This document shows, one piece after another, positions 37,792 through 47,804 of a stretch of DNA of 64,000 nt. Both the position numbers and the translations under genes were made by a program. This stretch comes from Candidatus Omnitrophota bacterium (GTDB taxonomy: Bacteria > Omnitrophota > Omnitrophia > Omnitrophales > Aquincolibacteriaceae), in NCBI GenBank assembly GCA_043732705.1, contig JAYTHE010000002.1, forward strand, positions 191,608 through 255,607. The letters run 5' to 3'. How positions within the stretch are numbered: position 1 is the first letter of the stretch; every line of letters begins with the position of its first letter. The notes beneath the pieces are model-generated. The model was not told the DNA's origin and ran no database searches. It was given only the letters and a program-made list of their open reading frames with translations.

Positions 37792-39837
37792 ATGCCTTCT
37801 TCGCATGAAGAAGATAATTCAGATGTTAATTTAGAGGTCGATGATTTAGGGCCGGTGTGGAAACGTTTTTCCAAGCTTTTAGTGCGTTTCTATCCCATGG
37901 TTTTAATTTATATTACCGCGCTTTCATTGGGAACGGGAGTTTGGGCACAGCTTCAAACGCCTCTTTTCCAAGCCGTTGCCACTATTTTGGTGGATCCCAC
38001 CCTTGTTTCGAATAGCGCAGAAAAGCAAAGTCTTGAAAACCTTGCTTTGCAGGCAACTCTTATCGAGAGCCCCGGAGTCCTGAATCGCGTGATTGACCGT
38101 TATAACTTAAGTTCCATTTATCCTTTCAATAAATCAGATAATGCAATGGCGATGCTGCAGGATCAAATGACAGTCAAGCCGAACAGCAAGAGCAAAACGA
38201 TTGAAATCAGTTTTCTTTTTATTTCCGGAGAAGAAGCGGCAAAAATTGCCAATGCCATTGCCGAAACTTACGTTTATTCCAGTGAGGAAAAGAGTCAAGG
38301 CACGACCCAAGAGTCGCTTGCTTCGCTTCAGCTTAATTTTGCTCAGGAAATGGCAAAGCAAGAAGAAGTTAAAGCTAAGATCGAAGAGTTTAAAAAACAA
38401 TTTCCAGAAATGGAAGATGAGACGAGTGATGCTAAGCAGGTTGAGTATTTTAAGTCAGAGCTGGCGAAGTCAGACGCGCAATTAATCGATCTGCGAACTA
38501 AAATTCTTGAAATCGAACAATACAAAAAAGATAATGGGACGATTTATAATCATCCCTATATTCTCGAAGATACCGTGATTGTGCGTCAAATGGAGCGGCT
38601 TCGGCGTGCGGAAAGTGACCTCGAAGAATTAAAGCGCCAATTCCGCGATATGCATCCCGATGTGATTTCAGCCCAGGCGCGCTTTGACAGTTTAAAAAAA
38701 TCAATGGAACAGGATCAAGAGCATGTTTATGTGCAGTTGAAACTGGAGCTTAAGACCCTTGAATCCACTCGCGAAAGAATGAAGGAGCAGCTTACGCAAC
38801 TTAAAGGGGATTCAAGAAAATTTGATCCGCAGAAAATGAAGCTTAAAAGCTTGTTGTCCGAAGATGAAGCTATCGGAAAAACAATTAAATTAATTCAAGA
38901 CCGGATGTCGGTGGCTTCAGTCGAGGGCGGATTGAAACGGCCCGGCGTTGAAATCCTGAACCGTGCGAAAGCTCCGGAAACTTCCTACTGGCCCAATAAG
39001 CCTAAATTAATTGGCGGCGCGGTTATTTTGGGATTGGTTTCAAGTCTCGGGCTTTTTTTTCTTTATTGCTATTTTGACCGCTCAATTCGAACTTACGAAG
39101 ATGTTGAGCTTGTCACCGGAAAGCTTTTCTTGGGAGATTTGCATTTTGCAAAAGTAAAAAAAGGTTTGCTTTACCCTGAGTTTCCAAATGATAAGTCGTT
39201 TATTTTGTTTACGCACGGTCTGCGGCTGATCGCGACGAATATTGAATTTGTGTTGTCCGACCGGCATCAGAAATGTGTTCTTTTTACAAGCGCCATTCCG
39301 GGCGAAGGAAAGAGTTTTGTTTCTTTTCATATCGCGCAGTCCATGGCACGCCAAGGGAAAAAAGTCATTTTGATCGATGCCGATTTTTGCCAATCGTCCC
39401 TGAGAGATAAAATTCCAAGAACGGAATGTGAAACTTATTTACAAGAGTATTTGTCGGGAAGCGCCGAGATCGGCGACATTATCGAGGGCACAGATAATGA
39501 GCTTATTCACTTTATCCGTTCAGGCAGCCGGTCTTCGTTTAGCGCGCCGCATGCCTTAAAGTCAAATCGCATGAAAGATTTAATAACTGTGCTAAAAGAA
39601 AATTACGATTACATTTTAATTGATACGCCGCCGGTTTTGCCGGTCAATGATACTTTAGCGTTAAGCACATTGGTAGACATGCGAGTGATTGTTGTGCGTT
39701 GGGGTTCGACGCATCGTGATTTAGTTCGGAAAGCAGTAGCGAAAATTTCTCCGGGACAACTCATTCTCGGAGGAATTGTTTTGAATCAAGTCAAAGAGAC
39801 GAATGAAAAAGGCTACCATATATATCGGCCCAACTAA
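37792..39837 (+). CDS. wzc: Polysaccharide co-polymerase/BY-kinase
   Basis: Two TMs, coiled coil with HPDV, GEGKS, LIDAD, IDTPP, GIVLN. Confidence 0.9.
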   Translation: MPSSHEEDNSDVNLEVDDLGPVWKRFSKLLVRFYPMVLIYITALSLGTGVWAQLQTPLFQAVATILVDPTLVSNSAEKQSLENLALQATLIESPGVLNRVIDRYNLSSIYPFNKSDNAMAMLQDQMTVKPNSKSKTIEISFLFISGEEAAKIANAIAETYVYSSEEKSQGTTQESLASLQLNFAQEMAKQEEVKAKIEEFKKQFPEMEDETSDAKQVEYFKSELAKSDAQLIDLRTKILEIEQYKKDNGTIYNHPYILEDTVIVRQMERLRRAESDLEELKRQFRDMHPDVISAQARFDSLKKSMEQDQEHVYVQLKLELKTLESTRERMKEQLTQLKGDSRKFDPQKMKLKSLLSEDEAIGKTIKLIQDRMSVASVEGGLKRPGVEILNRAKAPETSYWPNKPKLIGGAVILGLVSSLGLFFLYCYFDRSIRTYEDVELVTGKLFLGDLHFAKVKKGLLYPEFPNDKSFILFTHGLRLIATNIEFVLSDRHQKCVLFTSAIPGEGKSFVSFHIAQSMARQGKKVILIDADFCQSSLRDKIPRTECETYLQEYLSGSAEIGDIIEGTDNELIHFIRSGSRSSFSAPHALKSNRMKDLITVLKENYDYILIDTPPVLPVNDTLALSTLVDMRVIVVRWGSTHRDLVRKAVAKISPGQLILGGIVLNQVKETNEKGYHIYRPN

Positions 39838-39840
39838 GGA

Positions 39841-39931
39841 AGTGATCAGAAATCAGCTTTCAGCGAACCGGTAGTTACGATATGGAGCCTTATAATTTTT
39901 CTGACTTCTGAGAACTGATCACTGACTACTG
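39841..39931. repeat. Inverted pair of heptamer arrays (..TCAG / CTGA..)
   Basis: AGTGATC AGAAATC AGCTTTC AGCGAAC ... TCTGACT TCTGAGA ACTGATC ACTGACT. Confidence 0.65.
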
Positions 39932-39989
39932 TAAGCGAGGTTTTTATGAAAAATGCGGTTGAACTTCGCTTAGAGCGAAAGACATCACA

Positions 39990-41324
39990 ATGAACGGAAT
40001 CTCTAGGCGAAGCCTGTTTCTTTTAATTTTAGATTGTATCGCGATGCTGCTTGCGTTTCAGTTGACGGCTTATTGGCTTTATCACCGCGAATTCGGAGTT
40101 TGCGTCAAGCCCGAGATGATGGCGGTGAGTTTTTTTACTTATCCGCTTTTTTTCTATATTTTTGACTTGTATTTTCCATTTAAGTATTACCGCCCCGCTA
40201 AATCGATTATTGATATTGCGTTGGCCAGTGCTTGCGCGGTTGTCGTGGTTTCGACGCTGTGTGCCTTTAACCGCAGCCTCGCGATGCCGCGTCTTTTTTT
40301 TATTGCCGTTAATTTGGTTTTTGTTCCGGGCGTACTTATTGTACGGTTGGTATACGACGTTCTTTTTCAGGCGCGAATGGTCGATAAAAAAACACTTATC
40401 ATCGGTACGGGGGCTTTGGCTCAAACGATTACGCAGGTGATTCATAAGACCCCGCATTCAGGCATTGAGTTGGTTGGTTTGGTTTCGGAGCAAGGCACGG
40501 CAGTTCAGCCCGGCTCGCCGATTCCTGTTGTAGGAAACATTTCACAGCTTCTTAGCTTGATTGATTGGTATCACGTTCAGCTTGTTGTTTTGGCGATTGA
40601 CGCGAAAAGTAAAAGCTCCGAGCCGGAACTGATGCTGGCTTTGATGCGTCAAAAGGTGCAAGTAACAAGCGCAATCCACTTATTTGAAAAGCTGGACGAA
40701 GCGATTCCTTATGATGGAGTGAACGAGCATTTTATTCTTGCGCTTATGTCGGAAGTGCGCAGTCTGCGTTATTTGCATGTGAAACGCATTTTTGATATCG
40801 GAATTGTGAGTGCATTGCTCCTGTTATTTTCTCCCGTGATGCTTTTGGCATATCTTTTTCTTTTTTTTCAGGGACCTAAGACAGTTTTCTTTTTGCAAGA
40901 CAGGATTGGAATCAATGGAAAAATTTTTAAGATGATTAAGTTTCGCACCATGACGCGCCCGGATTCCGCGGGGCGTCAGCGCGTGACAGGCGTCGGGAAA
41001 TGGCTGAGAAAATTTCGTGTCGATGAAACGCCCCAGCTTCTGAATATTTTGAAAGGGGATATGAGCTTGATCGGCCCGCGGCCTGAAATTAGCTATTTTG
41101 TGGAAAAATGCCACAAAATTATACCTTATTATGACGCTGTTTTTTCAGTGCGCCCGGGAATTACGGGCTGGGCCCAAGTTAAGTTTTTGCATACCACGGA
41201 AATGAAAGATTACCCCCGTAAATTTTGTTACAACCTTTTTTATCTGAAAAATCTTTCGTTCTCGCTTGATTTTCTGATTGTGCTTAAAACGATTCGCGTT
41301 GTTTTGCTGGGAAAGGGAAAGTAG
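39990..41324 (+). CDS. Priming undecaprenyl-phosphate sugar phosphotransferase (WcaJ/WbaP family)
   Basis: KRIFD, KFRTM, DETPQLLNILKGDMSLIGPRPE, RPGITGWAQV. Confidence 0.93.
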   Translation: MNGISRRSLFLLILDCIAMLLAFQLTAYWLYHREFGVCVKPEMMAVSFFTYPLFFYIFDLYFPFKYYRPAKSIIDIALASACAVVVVSTLCAFNRSLAMPRLFFIAVNLVFVPGVLIVRLVYDVLFQARMVDKKTLIIGTGALAQTITQVIHKTPHSGIELVGLVSEQGTAVQPGSPIPVVGNISQLLSLIDWYHVQLVVLAIDAKSKSSEPELMLALMRQKVQVTSAIHLFEKLDEAIPYDGVNEHFILALMSEVRSLRYLHVKRIFDIGIVSALLLLFSPVMLLAYLFLFFQGPKTVFFLQDRIGINGKIFKMIKFRTMTRPDSAGRQRVTGVGKWLRKFRVDETPQLLNILKGDMSLIGPRPEISYFVEKCHKIIPYYDAVFSVRPGITGWAQVKFLHTTEMKDYPRKFCYNLFYLKNLSFSLDFLIVLKTIRVVLLGKGK

Positions 41325-41409
41325 GAGAAGCTCACAGCTCACGGCAAATAGCCTATAGCTTTCAGAAAAAAACGAAGAAATTGCTTTTGTTGGATCTGAG
41401 CTATCTGCT

Positions 41410-42045
41410 TTAGGCTATAGGCTCGTAAGCTTTGCGTGCCTGAACCTGCACAATTTCCCGCCCGGGAAGAATAAGCGCCGATAATTTTTTTCCATAAACG
41501 CAGCCGCTGTCGAGACCGATCGTATTTTCTTTTACGCATAACCCCTCACGCGCCCAATGGCCGTATACGACAAGCTTTTTGCCCGTATAAGTGGCATGCC
41601 AGGGATTGCCGTCTTCTAAATTTCTTAAGTGGCAAAGGTCTTCTTTGGATTGTTTCTCTAAAGGAATGTGCGGGCGTAATCCGGCATGGACAATGACAGC
41701 TTCCGGTAAATCTAAATAAAAAGGCCAGGTGCTAATCCACTCCATGTATTTATTAAAATCCGGGCCAAGTTCCGTGACCACATGCTTTTGATAGTCTTTT
41801 GTCAATGTCTCCAAATTATTTTTTTTCCAGGCGCGTAAAAACTGCAATTCATGATTGCCTGTAACGACTTGAAAACGGGGAAGTTTCCGCGCGAAATCCA
41901 ATGTAGCGCGCGAGGCTGGGCCTTTGCCGATAATATCGCCCACTGAAACAAGCAGGTCTTGTTTAGTAGGCTTGATTTTTTCAATTAATTCACGCCATTC
42001 TTCAAGGCAGCCGTGAATGTCGCCGAAAATGATGGTTTTATTCAT
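41410..42045 (-). CDS. Metallophosphoesterase (ApaH/PrpE-like)
   Basis: GDIHG, GDIIGKGP, GNHE, VHAG, YGH, DSGCVYG. Confidence 0.9.
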   Translation of the reverse strand: MNKTIIFGDIHGCLEEWRELIEKIKPTKQDLLVSVGDIIGKGPASRATLDFARKLPRFQVVTGNHELQFLRAWKKNNLETLTKDYQKHVVTELGPDFNKYMEWISTWPFYLDLPEAVIVHAGLRPHIPLEKQSKEDLCHLRNLEDGNPWHATYTGKKLVVYGHWAREGLCVKENTIGLDSGCVYGKKLSALILPGREIVQVQARKAYEPIA

Positions 42046-42190
42046 GGAAAGCATTCTAAAATACAGTTGTCTAACTTTCATCAACTTTAAATGAGCACAC
42101 AGCTTGCGGAACGAAGTGACGAAAAGTTGTACGTGCGCCTGCCTGCCGGCAGGCAGGAATTTATTTCGGGAAATAAAAGCATTTAATAAT

Positions 42191-43567
42191 ATGTCCGAAC
42201 TTCAGAACTCTAAAATTTTCTTCTCCCAAATTGCCCCCATGGAGATGATTTTATTTATCGGGCCGTTTGTTTTGCTTTTGGCCGCGCTTGCTTTTTCCCC
42301 GCTTTTTTTGAACCATTTTTGGGAAAGTCATAAAAACAAAGCCCTTGTGGCTTTGATGCTGGGATTACCGTCCGCGCTTTTTTTTCTTTTTAAGGATTGG
42401 CATATTCTCGCGCATACCGCTCTTGATTATGCGGCATTTGTCAGTCTTTTGGCGGCGCTTTTTGTTATTTCTGGCGGTATTTATATTCGCGGAGCATTCG
42501 CGGGGCTTCCATGGGTCAATGGACTTTTCTTGTTGATCGGAGCATTGCTTGCGAATTTTATTGGGACGACTGGTGCCAGCATGTTATTGATTCGTCCGCT
42601 TCTTCGCGCGAATCATCTCCGTCAGCATAAAGCGCATATCGTTGTTTTTTTTATTTTCATTGTTTCAAATTGCTCGGGACTTTTAACTCCGCTCGGAGAT
42701 CCGCCGCTTTTTCTGGGTTTTTTGAAAGGTATTAGTTTTGGCTGGACGCTGCGGCTTTGGCCTGAATGGTTGTTTGTGAACACCTCGCTGGGAGTTTTCT
42801 TTTTTGCGATTGATACTTTTTGGTTTAATCAGGAGCACCAGAATACGCAGGAAATTCTGCGCAAAAATGACGGTTATTTGTCGGAGCGTTTTGGAATTCA
42901 GGGGAAACGTAATTTTGTGTTACTCGTATTTGTGATTTCGCTTATTCTCATCAGCGGCTATTGGATTTACCCCATGCAAGGCACGCCAATTTTCGGAGAA
43001 TCATTTGGCGGCGTCTTGTCAAAAGTGTTTCAAATTTTCAGCATGCTTTTATTGGCGTGTTTGTCCTTTTTTATGACTCCTCAGTCTATCCACAAAAAAA
43101 ATCATTTTGGATTCGGTCCGGTCATTGAAGTTGCCGTTCTATTCGCCGGAATTTTTTTGGCCATGATTCCGGCTTTATTGATCCTTGAAACGCAGGGCGT
43201 GAAATTGCATTTAGGGGAATCTTGGCAATTGTTTTGGTCAAGTGGCTTGCTTTCGGGTTTTTTAGATAATGCGCCGACATATCTCACCTTTACCAGCCTG
43301 GCGAAGGGGCTGTTGGGGCTAACCGGAGAAGGCCTTGCGGGACTTATGCATCATCCGGAAGGCGTGAAATTTTTGAAAGCGATTTCATGCGGTTCAGTCA
43401 TGATGGGCGCGCTGACTTATATTGGAAACGGCCCCAATTTTATGGTTAAAGCTGTGGCGGAGCAGGCGAAAGTTAAAATGCCCGGGTTCTTTGGCTTTAT
43501 GCTTTGGTCTTTTTTGATATTGATTCCGATTTTTAGCATTTTGACATGGCTTTTCTTTCGCAACTGA
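42191..43567 (+). CDS. Putative Na+/H+ antiporter (IT superfamily)
   Basis: IGTTGASMLLIRP, LTPLGDPPLFLG, LDNAPTY, TYIGNGPNFMVK; start 42191 or 42239. Confidence 0.85.
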   Translation: MSELQNSKIFFSQIAPMEMILFIGPFVLLLAALAFSPLFLNHFWESHKNKALVALMLGLPSALFFLFKDWHILAHTALDYAAFVSLLAALFVISGGIYIRGAFAGLPWVNGLFLLIGALLANFIGTTGASMLLIRPLLRANHLRQHKAHIVVFFIFIVSNCSGLLTPLGDPPLFLGFLKGISFGWTLRLWPEWLFVNTSLGVFFFAIDTFWFNQEHQNTQEILRKNDGYLSERFGIQGKRNFVLLVFVISLILISGYWIYPMQGTPIFGESFGGVLSKVFQIFSMLLLACLSFFMTPQSIHKKNHFGFGPVIEVAVLFAGIFLAMIPALLILETQGVKLHLGESWQLFWSSGLLSGFLDNAPTYLTFTSLAKGLLGLTGEGLAGLMHHPEGVKFLKAISCGSVMMGALTYIGNGPNFMVKAVAEQAKVKMPGFFGFMLWSFLILIPIFSILTWLFFRN

Positions 43568-43646
43568 CAATCGGGCTGTTTTTTAATGAATTGTCAGTAA
43601 AGCCTTTTTTCGAATACAATGTCGCCTGACAAAAAAGAGGAGGGTT

Positions 43647-44318
43647 ATGAAACGTTATTTTCTTTCAATTGGTTTTATTTTTATTTTATCAGCCTGTGCG
43701 TCGTCCAATGCTTCCCAAAGCGCCGCTCCGGCAAACCCGGTTTGCCCGGCTTGCCAGGAAAAAGCACAAGCATCGGCCGTATCCGTGAAAGCAGCGCCCG
43801 TGGCCGCGCCGGCGGCAGTTCCCATTTCTCCAACTCCAACTCCGAAAGATGAGGGTATCGTGAAAGTTAATATTGAAACAACACTTGGTTTAATTGAAGT
43901 TAAATTATTTGCGGCTGAAGCTCCGAAAACCGTTGATAACTTTGTGAAACTTGCCAACAAAGGTTTTTATGACGGCATTATTTTTCACCGTGTGATTCCT
44001 GATTTTATGATTCAAACCGGCGATCCCACCGGTACTGGTATGGGTGGCCCAGGTTATCAATTTGCGGATGAATTTACGGCTAAGCAAAAACACAGCAAGC
44101 CGGGTATTCTATCGATGGCGAACTCAGGCCCGAATACAAACGGAAGCCAGTTTTTCATTACTGTTGCTCCGACACCCTGGCTTGACGGTAAGCACGCAGT
44201 TTTTGGTGAAGTCACGGGAGGAATGGATATCGCCACTAAGATCTCAATGGTCAACCGTGATCGCAACGATAAGCCCATCAAAGAAATTAAGATGATCAAG
44301 GTGACCGTTCTCAAATAA
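43647..44318 (+). CDS. Cyclophilin-type peptidyl-prolyl isomerase, lipoprotein
   Basis: Lipobox LSAC; [37 protein letters not shown]. Confidence 0.95.
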   Translation: MKRYFLSIGFIFILSACASSNASQSAAPANPVCPACQEKAQASAVSVKAAPVAAPAAVPISPTPTPKDEGIVKVNIETTLGLIEVKLFAAEAPKTVDNFVKLANKGFYDGIIFHRVIPDFMIQTGDPTGTGMGGPGYQFADEFTAKQKHSKPGILSMANSGPNTNGSQFFITVAPTPWLDGKHAVFGEVTGGMDIATKISMVNRDRNDKPIKEIKMIKVTVLK

Positions 44319-44341
44319 GTTTTAATTTAAAACAGTGAACG

Positions 44342-44368
44342 GTCATCCCCGCGCAGGCGGGGATCCAG
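44342..44368. repeat. Short REP/dRS3-like palindrome (copy 2 of 3)
   Basis: GTCATCCCCGCGCAGGCGGGGATCCAG. Confidence 0.8.
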
Positions 44369-44383
44369 GACGGTAAATGCAGA

Positions 44384-44815
44384 ATGCCTTTTAAGAAAAA
44401 AGACAACCGCCGCAAGCATAGCCGGGTTTCTCTTTGTCGTTTGGTGAAAATTCGTTTTTCAAAAGCGGCGGCGCCCGCCGAGCTGACCAATGTTTATGAT
44501 GTTTCCGAGGCGGGCATGCGGTTTCATGTCACTGATCTTTCGGACACCGGTTTCCAACTCAGCGCCCCCGATCTTGAAAGGGGGCGTTCCGCTTTTCAGG
44601 CATTGTCCGGAATTAAAAAAGGGGACACTCTTTTTTTTCGCTTGAATTTGGATCCGCAGCACGCGGAAATTTCAGTTCTTGGCCGAATGGCTTGGGTCAC
44701 GCGTGAAACGACAAAATCTGGCCAGATTCGAATGCGGGCCGGCATGGAATTTCTTGACGTCGCCGAGGCCGACTTGAAGTTGATCCAGGTTTATGTTTCC
44801 GCATTTCACTCTTGA
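44384..44815 (+). CDS. PilZ domain protein
   Basis: RRKHSR (RxxxR) and DVSEAG (DxSxxG); GMEF. Confidence 0.85.
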   Translation: MPFKKKDNRRKHSRVSLCRLVKIRFSKAAAPAELTNVYDVSEAGMRFHVTDLSDTGFQLSAPDLERGRSAFQALSGIKKGDTLFFRLNLDPQHAEISVLGRMAWVTRETTKSGQIRMRAGMEFLDVAEADLKLIQVYVSAFHS

Positions 44816-44898
44816 GTGCCGCTGAATAATCTGTGACTGCAAGAAGGGTCGTCCGTTTAACTGCAAATTTTTTTCCAATAATTAAAAAGGGAGATTGT

Positions 44899-46224
44899 AT
44901 GATTTCGAAGAAATGGAAAGCCGGGCTTTTTTTTGCTTTTGGCTTGCTGGTTTCTCATTTGGCTTTCGCGGATGAAGTGAAAATTGATACGGGTGTGACC
45001 GCGTGGATGCTGACATCCACCGCGCTGGTGCTTTTAATGGTGCCGGGATTGGCGCTTTTTTATGGCGGACTTGTCCGTACAAAAAACGTGCTCGGAACGA
45101 TGATGCACAGTTTTGTGGCGATGTCGATTGTCGGCGTGCTATGGGTAACTTGCGGATACGCGCTGGCATTTGGTCCGAATGTTTTAGGCGGATGGATCGG
45201 CTGGAATCCCAATTTGCTTTTTTTAAAGGGCATTGAAAATTCAATTTTATCTTCGGGCGTGCCCGAATATGTTTTCGCGATGTTTCAAGGGAAGTTTGCG
45301 ATTATCACGCCGGCCCTGATTGCCGGCGCTTTCGCGGAACGCGTTAAATTTAAAGGCTATTGTATTTATATTTCGCTTTGGCTTTTACTCGTTTATTGCC
45401 CGATTTGTCATTGGGTTTGGGCATCGGACGGTTATCTTTTTAATTTGGGAGCGAAGGGCGCAATTGATTATGCTGGTGGAACCGTGGTTCATATCACCGC
45501 CGGTGTTTCCGCGCTTACGGCCGCGCTTTATCTGGGAAAACGCAAAGGCTATCCTCTTACCGCGATGCATCCCAATAATTTAGTCATGACGCTTCTAGGC
45601 GCGGGACTTTTGTGGGTTGGTTGGTTTGGTTTCAACGCGGGAAGTTCGGTGGCCAGCAATTTGGATACGGCACGCGCATTGACGGTCACTCAGGCTGCTG
45701 CAGCGGCTGGTGCCTTATCATGGATTTTAATTGAAGCCTGCAAACACGGTAAAGCCACAAGTTTGGGTTTTTCGAGCGGTATTTTAGCCGGGTTGGTTGC
45801 CATCACGCCTGCCGCCGGTGTTGTGACACCTCTAGGCGCAATGATCCTCGGTTTCCTGGCCTCGATTGTTTGCTATGTCGCGATTAACATTAAAGCCAAG
45901 ATGGGCTATGACGACAGCTTGGATGTTTTTGGTGTGCATGGAACAGCCGGTATTTTCGGCGCGCTCGGCCTTTCATTTTTGCTGCGTTCCGCTTGGATGG
46001 CAGATGCCGTGAAAGCGAAGGCGGGTTGGAATGTGATGAGTCAGTTTATGGTTCAACTTCAAGCTGTCGGCATGACTGTGGCTTATACCGCGGTGGTTTC
46101 ATTTATTTTGGTGGTGTTTGTCGATAAGGTTTTTGGCTTTCGTGCTGACCGCCGCGAAGAAATGGCAGGGCTTGATGAAACCATGCATGGCGAACAAGGC
46201 TATGGCCTTATCAACTTAAATTAA
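44899..46224 (+). CDS. amtB: Ammonium transporter
   Basis: PGLALFYGG, DYAGGTVVH, WFGFNAGS, DDSLDVFGVHG. Confidence 0.96.
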   Translation: MISKKWKAGLFFAFGLLVSHLAFADEVKIDTGVTAWMLTSTALVLLMVPGLALFYGGLVRTKNVLGTMMHSFVAMSIVGVLWVTCGYALAFGPNVLGGWIGWNPNLLFLKGIENSILSSGVPEYVFAMFQGKFAIITPALIAGAFAERVKFKGYCIYISLWLLLVYCPICHWVWASDGYLFNLGAKGAIDYAGGTVVHITAGVSALTAALYLGKRKGYPLTAMHPNNLVMTLLGAGLLWVGWFGFNAGSSVASNLDTARALTVTQAAAAAGALSWILIEACKHGKATSLGFSSGILAGLVAITPAAGVVTPLGAMILGFLASIVCYVAINIKAKMGYDDSLDVFGVHGTAGIFGALGLSFLLRSAWMADAVKAKAGWNVMSQFMVQLQAVGMTVAYTAVVSFILVVFVDKVFGFRADRREEMAGLDETMHGEQGYGLINLN

Positions 46225-46237
46225 TCGGGAGGAAAAA

Positions 46238-46579
46238 ATGAAACTTATTACAGCTATTATTCAGCCCGATAAATTGGATGAAGTTCGCGAAGCCTTGCAT
46301 GCCGCGGAAATTACGCGCGTGACGGTGAGCCGCTGCACAGGTCGCGGGCATCAAGCTGGCGAAGAAATTTACCGCGGACAATCCGTGATCCCGACTTTGA
46401 TTCCTAAAGTGCGAATTGATATTGCCTGCAACGAAGAATATGTTGATATCGCGATTAACGCAATTTTGAAATCGGCGCGGCATGGTGACGGCAAAATCGG
46501 CGACGGCAAAATTTTTGTAACTGCGCTTGAGCGCTGCATACGCATTCGCACGGGAGAATCCGGAGGGATTGCAATTTGA
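46238..46579 (+). CDS. glnK: P-II nitrogen regulatory protein
   Basis: MKLITAII, YRG, GKIGDGKIFV, IRIRTGE; linked to amtB. Confidence 0.9.
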   Translation: MKLITAIIQPDKLDEVREALHAAEITRVTVSRCTGRGHQAGEEIYRGQSVIPTLIPKVRIDIACNEEYVDIAINAILKSARHGDGKIGDGKIFVTALERCIRIRTGESGGIAI

Positions 46580-46602
46580 CACACTGAAAATATATTAGGT
46601 GT

Positions 46603-46629
46603 GTCATCCCCGCGAAGGCGGGGATCCAG
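46603..46629. repeat. Short REP/dRS3-like palindrome (copy 3 of 3)
   Basis: GTCATCCCCGCGAAGGCGGGGATCCAG. Confidence 0.8.
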
Positions 46630-46688
46630 AAGTTTAATGATTGTTAAATAAAAAGTCGGGATGGTTGACTTTTTAGCGGAGAAATTTC

Positions 46689-47720
46689 ATGAGTTCGAAA
46701 AAAATATTGGTAACAGGCGGAGCGGGGTATATCGGTTCGCATACCGTGGTTGAACTCGTTCGCGCAGGTTACGATCCCGTAATTTTAGACAACTTCTCAA
46801 ACTCTGAGAAATTTGTTCTCGCAAGGATTCGCAAGATTACGGGTCGGAATATACCGGTTTATACCGGAGATTGCGTGATTGCCGCAGATGTGGCGAAGGT
46901 TTTCAAGAAAGAAGGCCGTTTTCACGGCGTCATTCATTTTGCGGCGCTGAAGGCCGTAGAAGAATCTGTGGCGCAGCCACTTCGCTATTACCGCAATAAC
47001 CTTGGCGGTATGCTGACAATGCTCGAATCGCTTGAGAAGTATCATGTCCCGCATTTCGTGTTTTCTTCCTCCTGCACGGTTTATGGAAAGCCCGACAAGC
47101 TTCCTGTGGGCGAGAAAGCCCCGCTCAAAAAATCCGAGTCGCCTTACGGAGAAACAAAGAAGATCGCGGAGCGAATGCTTGAAACATATGTTTGCGGTAA
47201 TGTTCCTGTGAAAGCTGTTTCACTGCGTTATTTTAACCCTATCGGTGCGCATCCTTCTGCGCTTATTGGAGAACTTCCTCTCGGAACACCGAAAAACCTT
47301 GTTCCTTTTGTGACGCAAACCGCCGCGGGCATGCGTAAAAAATTAAAAGTATTTGGAGATGATTATCCGACGCCGGATGGAACCTGTATTCGCGACTATA
47401 TCCATGTGATGGACCTTGCCGCGGCGCATGTCAAGGCGTTGACGTATCTTGAGAAGAAGCGTGAGCGCACATTTTACGATGTTTTTAATATCGGAACGGG
47501 CCGCGGAAATAGTGTGCTTGAAATTATCAAGACATTTCAGAAAGTGACCGGTGTTAAAGTTCCCTATGAAATTGCGCCCCGCCGCGACGGCGATATTGAT
47601 AAAATTTATGCCGCTGCTGGTAAAGCGAAGAAGGAATTGGGTTGGAGTGCTAAGCTATCGCTCGAAGATTCTCTGCGGAGTAGTTGGGAATGGCAAAAGA
47701 GTATTTCAAAGGGACAGTAG
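46689..47720 (+). CDS. galE: UDP-glucose 4-epimerase
   Basis: TGGAGYIGSH, YGETK, LRYFNP.GAH, DGTCIRDYIHVMDLA. Confidence 0.96.
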   Translation: MSSKKILVTGGAGYIGSHTVVELVRAGYDPVILDNFSNSEKFVLARIRKITGRNIPVYTGDCVIAADVAKVFKKEGRFHGVIHFAALKAVEESVAQPLRYYRNNLGGMLTMLESLEKYHVPHFVFSSSCTVYGKPDKLPVGEKAPLKKSESPYGETKKIAERMLETYVCGNVPVKAVSLRYFNPIGAHPSALIGELPLGTPKNLVPFVTQTAAGMRKKLKVFGDDYPTPDGTCIRDYIHVMDLAAAHVKALTYLEKKRERTFYDVFNIGTGRGNSVLEIIKTFQKVTGVKVPYEIAPRRDGDIDKIYAAAGKAKKELGWSAKLSLEDSLRSSWEWQKSISKGQ

Positions 47721-47804
47721 TTCGCCGCGCTTTTTTAGTTAAGACTTATTTTCTTTACCTGATTTTTACATGAATAGAATCTGTCTTCGGTTAGTCTCAC
47801 CTGT

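Noticed and set aside
42104-42190. Cys-rich N-terminal extension (SCTCACLPAGR) of the antiporter
   Set aside because: It is the translation of the CCTGCCTGCCGGCAGGCAGG repeat upstream of the likely start
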